A stretch of DNA of 64,000 bases from Candidatus Fermentibacterota bacterium. GTDB lineage: Bacteria; JAFGKV01. Positions 37,758 through 47,794 of this stretch are shown here, piece by piece. The translations under genes and the position numbers were made by a program. Within the stretch, counting starts at the first letter, position 1; each line of letters begins with the position of its first letter. The notes beneath the pieces are model-generated. The model saw only the letters and a list, made by a program, of their open reading frames with translations, did no database searches and had not been told where the DNA came from. The stretch spans positions 1-64,000 of the forward strand of contig JAFGKV010000036.1 of the NCBI GenBank assembly GCA_016928395.1, read 5' to 3'.

Positions 37758-38486
37758 ATGAGCGATACGCGAGTCACCAGCGGGCAGTTGCAGAGGCATG
37801 ACGGCCAGGAAGGGCGGCCCACCTGGGTTGTCATGCACGGCAGAGTGTACGACGTGAGCGCCAGCCGTATGTGGAAGGGTGGTACCCATGTGAAGCGGCA
37901 CAGAGCGGGAAGGGATCTCACCGCAGACATCGCGGCGGCCCCGCACGGCCCGGAGGTATTCCAGCGGGAGGGAATCCAGTTGGTGGGAACACTGGCACAC
38001 GAGCCGGCCACGCCCCGTGGTCCCTCCTGGCTCAGCAGGCTTCTAGACCGGTTCCCTATGCTTCATCGCCACCCCCATCCTATGATCGTGCATTTCCCGA
38101 TGGCATACCCGGCCGCGGCCGCCCTGTTCACGCTGCTGTCATTCTTCGGGTGGGCGCCCTATCTCTTCGAGCGCATGGCCTTCGCTATGCTGGTTCTCGG
38201 CGTGCTCTCCACGCCGGTCGGTATCGCCACGGGCTTCTTCACCTGGTGGCTCAACTATCAGGCCCACATGGTCCATCACGTGAAATGCAAGATCGTGTGC
38301 TCCCTCGTCCTGTTCGCCGTGCAGCTCGTGCTCATCGGGCTCAGGCTGGGAGGCCTGGCGTCGACGGGCATAACCCACTGGGTGTACGCCGCGCTGATGC
38401 TTCTCCTCCTGCCCAATGCCCTGCTTCTGGGATACCATGGCGGGCAGCTAACCTTCCCGTATTCGCGGCCAAAGGTGATGACATAG
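37758..38486 (+). CDS. Cytochrome b5-like heme/steroid-binding domain fused to a DUF2231-like membrane domain
   Basis: DGQEGRPTWVVMHGRVYDVS..W..G.H...H.AG.DLT....APHG; HPHPMIVHFP; four TM helices; YHGGQL. Confidence 0.85.
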   Translation: MSDTRVTSGQLQRHDGQEGRPTWVVMHGRVYDVSASRMWKGGTHVKRHRAGRDLTADIAAAPHGPEVFQREGIQLVGTLAHEPATPRGPSWLSRLLDRFPMLHRHPHPMIVHFPMAYPAAAALFTLLSFFGWAPYLFERMAFAMLVLGVLSTPVGIATGFFTWWLNYQAHMVHHVKCKIVCSLVLFAVQLVLIGLRLGGLASTGITHWVYAALMLLLLPNALLLGYHGGQLTFPYSRPKVMT

Positions 38487-38552
38487 GCATTCAGCCGCCG
38501 ACACAATCCCTGCGCGTCGGTTCACCGGGACACGGCACCTTAGGAGGAGAAG

Positions 38553-40982
38553 ATGACTGATCGAAGACGCAAGGAGAGGCACCCGCAGCCTGCGGCCGTT
38601 CCACGGCCGACGGGGTTTCATCTTCGCGGGGATCCATCCTGGTGGCTCACGGCGCTTCTGATCCTCGTGCATCTGGTGTTCTTCCGGGAAGTAATCTTCG
38701 GAGGCAAGAGCTTCGTCAGCGCGGACACCCTGCAGGCTGCCACGCCCTCACATCGCTACGCCGAGCTGTATCGAAGTCGCCACGACCAGTGGCCCCGGTG
38801 GATACCCCACGTGTTCTGCGGCATGCCGGCCCAGGGCAGCATGATGTATGCCGCCGAATATCCGCCGAACCGCCCGCTCCGATGGGTGCTGGGACCTGCC
38901 TTCGATCCTGATACCGCCAAGGTGTTCCATCATATCCTGGCCAGCCTCGGCATGTTCCTGCTGCTTCGGTCCTGGGGCGTGGGCAGGGCGGGAGCCCTGA
39001 CTGCGGGCGTGGGCTTCTCCCTGGCCACCGGACTCGTGTCAGTGACGGCGGCGGATCACGGCGGCAAACTCTATACCACTGCCTATCTCCCGATCATCCT
39101 CCTCGTGGCTACACGACTGCTGGCGCGGCCGACCCTGGCTGTCGTGAGCCTCGGCGGTGTGAGCGTCGGCCTGATGCTGCGCGCCCAGCATCCCCAGATC
39201 GCCTACTACGGTTTCATTGCCTTCGCCCTCTTCGGTCTATGCGCGCTTCCCGGCATCATCCGGCGGGGATATCGGCAGGTGGCCATCGTCGGAATCGGAG
39301 TTCTTGCCCTAGGGATCATCGGCTCCCTTATCGCCGCTCCCCTGGCACTGCCGGCGGCCGAGTACGCTCCCCATAGCATCCGGGGCGCAGGACCCGGCGG
39401 CGGCCTGGCCTATGAGTATGCGACCCAATGGTCATTTCATCCGGCCGAGATCATGACCCTGCTGGTGCCGGGCTTCTTCGGGTTCGGCGGGGCATCCTAC
39501 TGGGGCCACATGCCATTCACTGATGCGCCAAACTATGCGGGGATTCTGATCGTCGCACTGGCTGCCATGGGTGCCGTGGCCGGCATACGCACGACGAGGG
39601 TTCGCTTTCTCCTCCTCATGGGGGCGACAGCACTTCTGGTAAGCATGGGCAGGCACTTCTCGCCTCTCTACAACCTCTTGTTCACCCATCTGCCGCAGTT
39701 CAATCGATTCAGAGTCCCCGTACTGATTCTCGTGCTTCTTCAGCTTTCGCTGTGCGCTCTGGCGGGAATGGGATTGGATGCTGTCCTCCGGAGTACGTCG
39801 CTGTTTCGCAGGCGTGCGGGGGTGGCCCTGGCTGCAGCGGGGATCGCCTTGCTCTTGGTAGCACTCGCGTCGAGGGGAGTGGCGCGCGACGCACGTCGAC
39901 CCGGGGAGGACCGGATGGATCCCCGGCAGGTATCAGCCCTGCAGGATGAGCGGGCGTCCAAGGCCGCATGGGATGGGGCTCGCTCCGCCGGGTTCCTGCT
40001 GGGGGCGGCAGCGCTGATCCTGCTCTGTGGCGCTGGCTCGGGGATGAGATCGCCGCGTTCGGCCATGGTGGTTATCGCGGTGGCCGCAGTGGTTGACCTG
40101 TGGGGAGTCTCGGCCCGTCTTGTTCATCCTCAGTACCGCAAGTCGGCCGTGGATGAGTATCTGCGACCAACGGCGGCGGAGCGGTGGCTCTCGGAGCGAG
40201 TCGGCGCCGAGGATCCCTTCAGAGTCCTGCCCGCGGATTCCAGGGCCAACTCGAACCGTTTCATGACGTTCGACGTCAGCAGCGTGCTGGGCTACTATCC
40301 CGCCAAGATCGCCCGGTATGCATCGCTGATGGAAGCCGGGGGAATCCAGTCGCTGAATGTACTCCAGATGTTGAATGCCCGCTATGTCCTCAGCCAGAAT
40401 CCCCTCCCGACATCGCCCTTACTCCATCAGATCAGCGCCCATGGGGGCGAGATTCTCTACGAACTTGCGGGAGCATTGCCCCGGGCGTGGTTCGTATCCG
40501 ATTGGAGGGTGATGGATGAAGCCAGCACCCTGGCCGCAGTGATGGACCCCGGCTTTTCCCCTGCGATGGAGGCGGTTCTCGAGGAAGACCCCAAAATTGC
40601 GCCGGGAGGAGCCGCGCGAGTGCGCCGGATTCAGCGACCCACTGCCGAGCGAATGATCATCGAGGTGGAGGCCGAGGGCGATGCGCTCCTGGTTATTTCT
40701 GAGATTGGGTATCCACCCGGATGGCATGCTGAGGTCGATGGAGTCGCCGTCGAGGTGATGCGTGCCAATCACGTGGTGTCCGCCGTGGGAGTTCCCGACG
40801 GAGCTCGTTCGGTCGTGTTCTTCTACGAATCTCAGGCGGAACGTTGGGGCGCCTTGTTGAGCACCATGGGGTGGATCGTGGCTGCTGCTCTGCTCTTGGG
40901 AGCAACGGCGCGATCGGCTCGCGTGCGCCCCCTCGCTCGACGGTTCGGGCTCGATCGCAGGGCCTCGACCCCGAGGGGATGA
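38553..40982 (+). CDS. YfhO-family membrane protein (GT-C fold)
   Basis: WIPHVFCGMP, HPQIAYY, YATQWS..P.E, YWG.MPFT..PNY.G, FNRFRVP, LPRAWFV, YPPGWHA.VDG; AGGAGG RBS. Confidence 0.85.
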   Translation: MTDRRRKERHPQPAAVPRPTGFHLRGDPSWWLTALLILVHLVFFREVIFGGKSFVSADTLQAATPSHRYAELYRSRHDQWPRWIPHVFCGMPAQGSMMYAAEYPPNRPLRWVLGPAFDPDTAKVFHHILASLGMFLLLRSWGVGRAGALTAGVGFSLATGLVSVTAADHGGKLYTTAYLPIILLVATRLLARPTLAVVSLGGVSVGLMLRAQHPQIAYYGFIAFALFGLCALPGIIRRGYRQVAIVGIGVLALGIIGSLIAAPLALPAAEYAPHSIRGAGPGGGLAYEYATQWSFHPAEIMTLLVPGFFGFGGASYWGHMPFTDAPNYAGILIVALAAMGAVAGIRTTRVRFLLLMGATALLVSMGRHFSPLYNLLFTHLPQFNRFRVPVLILVLLQLSLCALAGMGLDAVLRSTSLFRRRAGVALAAAGIALLLVALASRGVARDARRPGEDRMDPRQVSALQDERASKAAWDGARSAGFLLGAAALILLCGAGSGMRSPRSAMVVIAVAAVVDLWGVSARLVHPQYRKSAVDEYLRPTAAERWLSERVGAEDPFRVLPADSRANSNRFMTFDVSSVLGYYPAKIARYASLMEAGGIQSLNVLQMLNARYVLSQNPLPTSPLLHQISAHGGEILYELAGALPRAWFVSDWRVMDEASTLAAVMDPGFSPAMEAVLEEDPKIAPGGAARVRRIQRPTAERMIIEVEAEGDALLVISEIGYPPGWHAEVDGVAVEVMRANHVVSAVGVPDGARSVVFFYESQAERWGALLSTMGWIVAAALLLGATARSARVRPLARRFGLDRRASTPRG

Positions 40983-41139
40983 TGGCCGCCGGTTTGTGAC
41001 GGCAGAGACGCAACGCGACACCAAGAACTGGAAGGATGGGGTGCGAACGAGTGGTTCAGGAACAACGGCTCGTTCGCTTGACGCACCCTGAGAAGCGGGC
41101 ATTCCCCCGCAAGGCATCGCCCTACCATGTGTTCGAGAA

Positions 41140-41173
41140 TATAGGACGAATCACATATGTGACTCGTCCTATA
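41140..41173. repeat. 34-bp near-perfect spacerless palindrome
   Basis: TATAGGACGAATCACATATGTGACTCGTCCTATA; differs from its reverse complement at one base pair only. Confidence 0.85.
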
Positions 41174-41239
41174 CCAGACAGTCGACTTCGCATGCCGAAA
41201 TCTGCCCTGTGCGGCTATTCGTTCGGGGATCATGCTCTC

Positions 41240-41325
41240 TGGTGCCGGGAGCGGGGATCGAACCCGCATGGGCTAAGCCCGCGGGATTTTAAGTCCCGTG
41301 CGTCTGCCAGTTTCGCCATCCCGGC
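41240..41325 (-). tRNA. tRNA-Leu (anticodon UAA), CCA encoded
   Basis: Reverse complement GCCGGGATGGCGAAACTGGCAGACGCA-CGGGA-CTTAAAA-TCCCG-CGGGCTTAGCCCAT-GCGGGTTCGATCCCCGC-TCCCGGCACCA: acceptor stem, long variable arm and TTCGA T-loop. Confidence 0.97.
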
Positions 41326-41432
41326 TCGACAGCAGTCGACGTTCAACCGCTGTCCCTATGGAAGTCTGAGGCGTCACGATCGAGGCAACGGCCGCTGAAT
41401 CCACGCCTTCCCGCCTGGCACCTTCGCGCTAC

Positions 41433-42527
41433 TCACCCTCCCGCAAACAGGCTCTGAAAGGCCTCACGCACCGCATCAGCGGGAGGGTCGCGTACCACCC
41501 GGCACGAGCCCCGCCCGGTGGGTACAACCACGACCCAGCCCCCATGGGTGTGCTTCTTGTCGCTTTGCCATGCGGAGAAAAGATCGGGCGGCGGCGCTTC
41601 CACCCACGCTGAGAGGCCGAACTTCCGTACCACATCCACCACCGCCCGCTCCAGCGAGGGGTCGCACAGTCCCAGGCGAATACCCAGTCGCGTGGCCGCC
41701 ACCAACCCAAGTCCGACCGCGACGCCGTGCGTAGCGCATATCCCCTCACCCTCCAAGACATGGGCAAAGGTATGGCCGAGGTTGAGAAGGTGGCGCACAC
41801 CCTCGTCCCGTTCGTCAAAGGCCACACACCGAGCCTTGATGTCAACACATCGCCCGACAATAAGAGACACGTGGGGGCAAGAATACGCGAGGGGCCCCTC
41901 CATGGCGCCGAGTATCTCCCAAAGGTACGGGTCAAACCCCAGTGCATATTTCACGACCTCGGCCATGCCGCACGCCAGCTCCGCCGCCGGCAGATGCCGC
42001 AACCAACCCATATCTGCAACGACCGCTCTGGGCTGGTGGAATGCACCGACCTGGTTCTTCAGGCCGTGGATATTGACGCCCACCTTGCCGCCGATGGAAG
42101 AGTCCACCTGCGCCAGAAGGGTTGTGGGAAGCACCACCCAGGGTGTTCCCCGATGCCACGTGGCCGCAGCGAATCCTGTCAGATCACTGATCGTCCCACC
42201 GCCTGCAGCGAGAATCACCCCGTCCCGCCGAATACCGGCCCGCCCACAGGCGTCATACACACCCGACAGGGCCTCGAGCTGTTTCAGCGATTCTCCACCA
42301 GGAATCGAATCGACCGAGAGACGGGACCCGAAACATCCTCCTATCTCCTCTTCAATTGCGCCCCGCACCTCTGGCGGCAAATGAGCATCCATGACCAGTA
42401 GCGCATTGCCCCTGCATCGCGCGAGGCAAGGGATGCGGTGCGACCACCCCGGCGCAAGGTGCCCGAGCATGACCTGGTAGGTCTCAAACGGGTGGCGGCG
42501 AACCACCACACTACGTTCGAAAGGCAT
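41433..42527 (-). CDS. aroB: 3-dehydroquinate synthase
   Basis: GGGTISDLTGFAAA, PTTLLAQVDSSIGGK, KNQVGAFHQP, EVVKY, LNLGHTFAH, DKK. Confidence 0.88.
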   Translation of the reverse strand: MPFERSVVVRRHPFETYQVMLGHLAPGWSHRIPCLARCRGNALLVMDAHLPPEVRGAIEEEIGGCFGSRLSVDSIPGGESLKQLEALSGVYDACGRAGIRRDGVILAAGGGTISDLTGFAAATWHRGTPWVVLPTTLLAQVDSSIGGKVGVNIHGLKNQVGAFHQPRAVVADMGWLRHLPAAELACGMAEVVKYALGFDPYLWEILGAMEGPLAYSCPHVSLIVGRCVDIKARCVAFDERDEGVRHLLNLGHTFAHVLEGEGICATHGVAVGLGLVAATRLGIRLGLCDPSLERAVVDVVRKFGLSAWVEAPPPDLFSAWQSDKKHTHGGWVVVVPTGRGSCRVVRDPPADAVREAFQSLFAGG

Positions 42528-42528
42528 G

Positions 42529-44634
42529 TTAGGGCCGTCGCCGATCCCGGGAGCGCTTTCCTCGGCTCCCACGGTTCGCCTCGCTACCAAACCTCCCCCT
42601 GCCCGGGCGGGATGCGGTATGCTCATGGGCCCGCACCACGGCGGGGTCATCCATCGAAAGGGTGTAGCTGAGACCATTGCTCGTCACGATCTGAGGTTCC
42701 TTGCGAAGCATCCGGTCCTTCAGTAGCATGGTCAAGAGCTCCCCCGCTTCGTCGTCGCGTACCCGCAACGACTCGACGAAGGCACTGCGGATGCGCGCTT
42801 CTCCGATGGGTTGACCCATGGGCGCCATGTGTTTGAGCATAGCCACGGCTTTATTCTTCCGGGCCACCACCAACCGAACGAACTTGGACTGGTGATTGAG
42901 GGCCAGACTCCCGGGACTCCCCTTGGATGCCTGGAGATCACCGGACCGGGCGGCCTCCCGCACTGCAGCATCAATCAGAGCTCCGCCGTATTCGGCCAGT
43001 GATTTGCGCACTGCACCCAGAGGCGCTACGGGCTTTCCATGTCGAACCGCGTAGTTATCCACCGCGACGATCAGATGCTCCCGCAGTCGGGGAGGCACCC
43101 TGACGGGAGTCGGTTTCTGCGGTCGTGGGTGACCCCGTTCCTGCCCACGCGAAGGCGCCGGAACCTCCACTCCCCTGAGCGGTGAGGGGGAAAACGCCAG
43201 GCACGCCAAGGGCTGACCGTCTTCTCCCGATGCTCCTTTGAACCGAACCAAAAGACCTTCGTCGACCAAGAAATTCAACCACGCCTGCAAGGTTCGCCGA
43301 TCCTGGGGTAACTCCTCCGTGGACGTGCATCGTGATACAAGACCGTCAACCACGAGAGACACAGGCACACCGGTCCCCTCACCCGGGCCATCGCCCAGCA
43401 GCTCCAGAAGCGCCTTGATGATGTCCCGCATCAATGCGAGACCACGATCCCCCTCATTGATGCGGTAGCGTTTCCCACCACGGCTTTCGTCTCCCGTTTC
43501 CAGGAGCGTCCCCCGTGATGCGGCCGCACGGACGAGAGCGAAGGCCTGATCCGCACGCCTGACGAATGTAGCGTCGCTGACCAATGCCGCCACCAAGTCT
43601 CCTTCGCCGATGCTGTCACCCCCCCGTTCGGCCACCACTCGGTCAGTAAACAGCCCGATTCGCGACCAAAGCCCCGGCATCCTCTCACTGCCCACCGAGG
43701 AGGACACACGCGCCATCGGCTTCGACAGCTCGGCACCGATGGGATGCCAGGCAACCCATGCGGGTAGATCCGGCTGGGCATCGCACCAGAGATGAATGTG
43801 GCCGGCGTGCGGCTCCAATAACCGCGCCAGTTGTGCTACAACCTCCGTACGCCCCACCACGACGAGCTCGCTCACTGGGCTCATACGTTCCATGGCCTTG
43901 GCTACCTCATCGGGAAGCGTAGTCCCGGGAACGATCGGCGGCACCAAGGGTGTGCTGTAACCGGCCTTGTGAAAGAGCGTCTCAGCCTCATGGGTGATCG
44001 GCTCCCCAGCCTTGTTGCGCATGACCGGCAAGGTATGCCAATCGGCCAGAGCCGTGCGCCACGTCACCTGGCCCAGATGGCACAAGGCAGCCTCCAGCCT
44101 CTCGATTAGCGAGTCCACGTCAACCGATGTCTGCACGGTCCACGAGGATGCGACCAGGCCCTGCACATCAACCACCACCGCCACCCCGCCCTCACTGAGG
44201 CCCAGGACCCTCGTCAGGGAATCCACCCGATGCCAGCCAGCTACTTTGTCTGACTGCGGCTTCGCCAGCCACAGCACGACCTCGGAGGCATCCTGCCGGA
44301 GATCACTGGCACGACCCGCCAATGCTCTATCCGCCGACACCATGACGACCGTGAGATCCTCGGCCATGGCACGATCCCGCGCCAGTTGGGCCTTCATGGC
44401 ACGCCACCCTGCAGTGGAGGTGAGCGGTTCGCCACATTGCCATCCTTCGGTCTCGAAGGAATCGCGGACCGAGGCGGGATGGTTCGTCCATTCCGCGTGG
44501 CACCACGTCGCCCCCCTGTGTCCAAGTACGGAAGCCGCCGAGACGATGCGTTGCGCGAACAGAGAAGGCGTAAGGCCCTGGTCCAGGATATCGTGGATCG
44601 TGTCGTAGTCAACGAGGAGCGAAATTCTCTTCAT
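42529..44634 (-). CDS. Tandem degenerate NYN/LabA (PIN-like) domains followed by winged-helix-like repeats and a basic tail
   Basis: LLVDYDT..HAEW..VVMVSAD..VVLW and VVVDVQG..LADW..LVVVG..IHLW; helical modules ending L..L..EG.L; Arg-rich C-terminus. Confidence 0.6.
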   Translation of the reverse strand: MKRISLLVDYDTIHDILDQGLTPSLFAQRIVSAASVLGHRGATWCHAEWTNHPASVRDSFETEGWQCGEPLTSTAGWRAMKAQLARDRAMAEDLTVVMVSADRALAGRASDLRQDASEVVLWLAKPQSDKVAGWHRVDSLTRVLGLSEGGVAVVVDVQGLVASSWTVQTSVDVDSLIERLEAALCHLGQVTWRTALADWHTLPVMRNKAGEPITHEAETLFHKAGYSTPLVPPIVPGTTLPDEVAKAMERMSPVSELVVVGRTEVVAQLARLLEPHAGHIHLWCDAQPDLPAWVAWHPIGAELSKPMARVSSSVGSERMPGLWSRIGLFTDRVVAERGGDSIGEGDLVAALVSDATFVRRADQAFALVRAAASRGTLLETGDESRGGKRYRINEGDRGLALMRDIIKALLELLGDGPGEGTGVPVSLVVDGLVSRCTSTEELPQDRRTLQAWLNFLVDEGLLVRFKGASGEDGQPLACLAFSPSPLRGVEVPAPSRGQERGHPRPQKPTPVRVPPRLREHLIVAVDNYAVRHGKPVAPLGAVRKSLAEYGGALIDAAVREAARSGDLQASKGSPGSLALNHQSKFVRLVVARKNKAVAMLKHMAPMGQPIGEARIRSAFVESLRVRDDEAGELLTMLLKDRMLRKEPQIVTSNGLSYTLSMDDPAVVRAHEHTASRPGRGRFGSEANRGSRGKRSRDRRRP

Positions 44635-44780
44635 ACTCTACTCCCATGTGGCCAAACCGGGGTCGAATGCGGCGGATCTCTTGTCGCACGCCGCAGTCGA
44701 CCGTTCCGCATGGGTGGCCGCTGACACCTGGGCCCACCCGATGCTGCCCCCGAACAGACATAGTGAATTGCAGTACAAGC

Positions 44781-45533
44781 TCATCCCTTTCCACCCTCGA
44801 TGAAGTCTTCGCGTGGATACGCCAGCCGATCCATGGCATCGGCCAGCCGGCAGAGATCCAGTCCGGTTGCACGACACGGCTGCTCCCCCCGGATGTTCGG
44901 CAAGACCAGCACACAGGGAACCCTGCCGCCGAGGCTCATCATCCCATTCAACAGATCACGCTGACACGCGACTGCCAGCAGCCCATCCGGTTCCGTGGAG
45001 GTCACCACATGCAGTGCCTCCGTGCCACCCTTGACCACATGCCACTGGCAGCGGTAGCGATTCAGCAGTTTCTCGATGCGTTCCTGCACGCGGGCTTCGA
45101 GGCAGTGCGGGAGCAACACCAGGAGAGTGCGAGGCCTGCGTTCCTGCAGCCAGGCCAGCGTCAGCCCATTCTGTACGGTGAGAAATGCGCACCCGAGCGC
45201 ATCATCGCTCCAGCCGATGAGCCGAGCTCCCGTTCTGGCCAGGCGGAACACCCCGCAGGTCATGACACGGACCAACCCGATTGGCAGAGGAAGCAACCGT
45301 CGCTCGGTCAAGCCCGATATCAGGGCGAGAACTGCGCACATTGAGACCACACTGCCAACCACGCACGGCCCTACGACCGTCACACCGTCGCGTTGGATGC
45401 CCAAAATGGAGAGGGCCAGGACGGCGATCCCGCCCAGTGCTGCTCCCAGCGCGATCGCCGTCACACACCACAGCAGAATGAACCACACGCGGAACCCTTC
45501 CTGCCTGCCGTCCGCGGGAAGGCAGGGGTTCAC
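44781..45533 (-). CDS. DUF116 domain membrane protein
   Basis: Two N-terminal TM helices; LLPHCL, GGT.A, AVACQRDL..G, PC..T. Confidence 0.75.
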   Translation of the reverse strand: MNPCLPADGRQEGFRVWFILLWCVTAIALGAALGGIAVLALSILGIQRDGVTVVGPCVVGSVVSMCAVLALISGLTERRLLPLPIGLVRVMTCGVFRLARTGARLIGWSDDALGCAFLTVQNGLTLAWLQERRPRTLLVLLPHCLEARVQERIEKLLNRYRCQWHVVKGGTEALHVVTSTEPDGLLAVACQRDLLNGMMSLGGRVPCVLVLPNIRGEQPCRATGLDLCRLADAMDRLAYPREDFIEGGKG

Positions 45534-45548
45534 AGGGCCTCCTTGATA

Positions 45549-47225
45549 TCAACCCCCCAGGCGGCGATCCACGGCCTCGCTGAGCCGCCCGATTCTGTCT
45601 CTGACCAACGCAATGGAGTCCTTGGCCCGTTGCAGCGTGGCCGCGGCCCACTCCTTGTCTGTCAGGCCGGGGAGATTGATCAAAACGTTCAGGTAGGCTC
45701 CTTCGGCCCCTGCGGCCGCCATGAGGCCTCCCACCGCCGCATCCGACAGGCTGTTGGGATTCCCCTTCTCCGCCATCTCCGCGGCCAGTTCCAATGTTGT
45801 GAGGGATTTCTCAAGCACTCTCAAGGGGACCAGGGTCGCTCCCTTGGTCGCCTCCTCCACGGCCTGCGCCTTCATCACCCGTTCAGTCTCGTCCTTGGGC
45901 TTTCCCCGTCCAGCCTCCAGCACTCTGTTGAACGCCTTGGTATCCTCATCCAGGTCCACCAGCAGAGCATCCTTCAGAGCCTGCGCGTGGGTACCCAGCC
46001 TTTCCATCTCGGCCATGTGGTCTTCATACCCCTTCTTCGAGGCGGTCAGCGCACCCACCATGGCAACGAGAGCCGCGGCAAGGCTGGAAGCCAGGGCGGC
46101 AACGGTCCCCCCACCGGGCGCCGGGGAGTCAACGGAAACCTCGTCCACGAAGTCAGCCACTGACAGCGAGGCCAGGCATTTCTCCCGGGGAGCGATCAGG
46201 TACTCGATGATCCGGTCTTTTGGCGTGAAAGGCGTAATCTCGGAAAGGCCGAGACTCCGCAGGGCCACATGCACCAATTCCCGTTCCGGCACCCCGGTCG
46301 TCTTTCCCTGGCGATTCAAATAGAACTCTCCGGCCGTCAGGATGGCCTCCCTGGGAATCAGGCCGACCAGCTCGCTGCCGGTGACCCGGAGCCCCAATTC
46401 AGACGCCTGGCGGCAGACCTCCTCGAATGCAGCATGAACGGGCGTAACCGTGTAGTCCAGCAGATTCATCGAGATCTGAGCGCACCCATACTCCTCGATG
46501 TACCAGCCTACGGCCCGCACCGCCTTCAAAGTCCCGGGGGTCCGCACAGCTTCCCCGCGCTCATCTCGCAGGATGGCACCCGATGTATCCTTCTTCACGG
46601 TGCCGGTCTCGCGGATCCTGAAGGCAATACGGTTTGCCAGACGTTTGTCCCGCGTGTTCAGGTTGACATTATAGGCGATGAGAAACTGTCGCGCCCCGAT
46701 GGCCGTAGCGCCGGACTTGGCATTGAATCGCGCAGGGCCGAAATCCGGCTTCCACACCGGATCACGCAGCTTCTCAGCCAAGCCTTCGTACTCACCTTTT
46801 CGTATATCAGCCAAGCTCCTGCGCGCCTCCGCCGTCGCGGCGTGCTCATACAGGTAGACAGGTATGCCCAGCTCCGATCCCACGCGATTCCCCAGACTTC
46901 GGGCGATCTCGACGCACTCTTCCATGGTCATGTCCGATACCGGGACAAACGGGCACACGTCGGTGGCTCCCATCCGCGGATGCTCTCCGGAATGGGTCGA
47001 CATGTCGATCAGTTCAGCCGCTCTACGAATGGCCCGGAAGGCCGCCTCCTCCACGGCATCGGGCGGACCTACGAAAGTCACCACAGTTCGGTTGGTAGCA
47101 GCCCCAGGATCGACATTGAGGAGGCTGACGCCGGCAATGCCGGCGATCTGGTCTGTAATGCTTGCTATTACCTCTCTGTTCTGACCTTCACTGAAGTTCG
47201 GTACGCATTCCACGAGCTTCGCCAT
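45549..47225 (-). CDS. ftcD: Glutamate formiminotransferase / formiminotetrahydrofolate cyclodeaminase (bifunctional)
   Basis: LVECVPNFSEG, HPRMGATDVCPF, IRKGEYEG, QISMNL, SPAPGGG, NVLINL. Confidence 0.93.
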   Translation of the reverse strand: MAKLVECVPNFSEGQNREVIASITDQIAGIAGVSLLNVDPGAATNRTVVTFVGPPDAVEEAAFRAIRRAAELIDMSTHSGEHPRMGATDVCPFVPVSDMTMEECVEIARSLGNRVGSELGIPVYLYEHAATAEARRSLADIRKGEYEGLAEKLRDPVWKPDFGPARFNAKSGATAIGARQFLIAYNVNLNTRDKRLANRIAFRIRETGTVKKDTSGAILRDERGEAVRTPGTLKAVRAVGWYIEEYGCAQISMNLLDYTVTPVHAAFEEVCRQASELGLRVTGSELVGLIPREAILTAGEFYLNRQGKTTGVPERELVHVALRSLGLSEITPFTPKDRIIEYLIAPREKCLASLSVADFVDEVSVDSPAPGGGTVAALASSLAAALVAMVGALTASKKGYEDHMAEMERLGTHAQALKDALLVDLDEDTKAFNRVLEAGRGKPKDETERVMKAQAVEEATKGATLVPLRVLEKSLTTLELAAEMAEKGNPNSLSDAAVGGLMAAAGAEGAYLNVLINLPGLTDKEWAAATLQRAKDSIALVRDRIGRLSEAVDRRLGG

Positions 47226-47390
47226 GCAGAAATCCTCCTCAGGCTTGTCTGCCCACGATGGTTTCATGAGGTCTGGGCAACGATGCAGTCAGGTACACGC
47301 TGTGTCCCGTAATGGTGCAACGCACACACATTGCCATGCCCGACACCCCTCGACAACGGGGACGTGCCCCGGAGACACAGGGTACGCGGG

Positions 47391-47768
47391 CTACGGATCC
47401 GTGCCGCGCAGAAGTGTCTTCGCCGCCTGCCTCAACCGTCTCGGTGTGACCGGTTTCGCCAGTATCCGATCCACGCCCATCTCGCGGATGCTGCCTGCTT
47501 CGGCGCTCTCCGGGTATCCCGTGACCACGAGAAGGGGTGTACTGCTGAGGCGTTCGGTGTTTCGGATCATCCGGCACAACTGCGGGCCGGACATGCACGG
47601 AAGGCGGACATCCAGCACCACCAAATCGGGCGTGATCTCTTCCAGCAATCGCTGGGCAGACACGCCGTCGAACGCGACACGAGTCTCATACTCGTCGCTC
47701 AAGGCGGCCTCAAGAAACGACGCCACGTCAGGATCGTCTTCTACAATGAGCACCAGCGCTCTACTCAT
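47391..47768 (-). CDS. Single-domain response regulator (receiver)
   Basis: VLIVEDD, PDLVVLD, VVTG, KP; GGAGG RBS before ATG 47768. Confidence 0.88.
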   Translation of the reverse strand: MSRALVLIVEDDPDVASFLEAALSDEYETRVAFDGVSAQRLLEEITPDLVVLDVRLPCMSGPQLCRMIRNTERLSSTPLLVVTGYPESAEAGSIREMGVDRILAKPVTPRRLRQAAKTLLRGTDP

Positions 47769-47794
47769 GGGTTCCTCCGCCATGAACCCCATGG

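Noticed and set aside
41240-41325. tRNA-Leu(UAA) as a bldA-like regulatory tRNA in a GC-rich genome
   Set aside because: Nearly all bacteria have this tRNA, and I have no TTA codon distribution data to support a regulatory role.
41433-42527. aroB without other shikimate genes as a possible secondary-metabolite sugar-phosphate cyclase
   Set aside because: Motifs fit ordinary dehydroquinate synthase, and scattered aro genes are common.
44638-44784. 48-aa ORF coupled by ATGA to the DUF116 stop
   Set aside because: No recognisable features; cannot be distinguished from chance.
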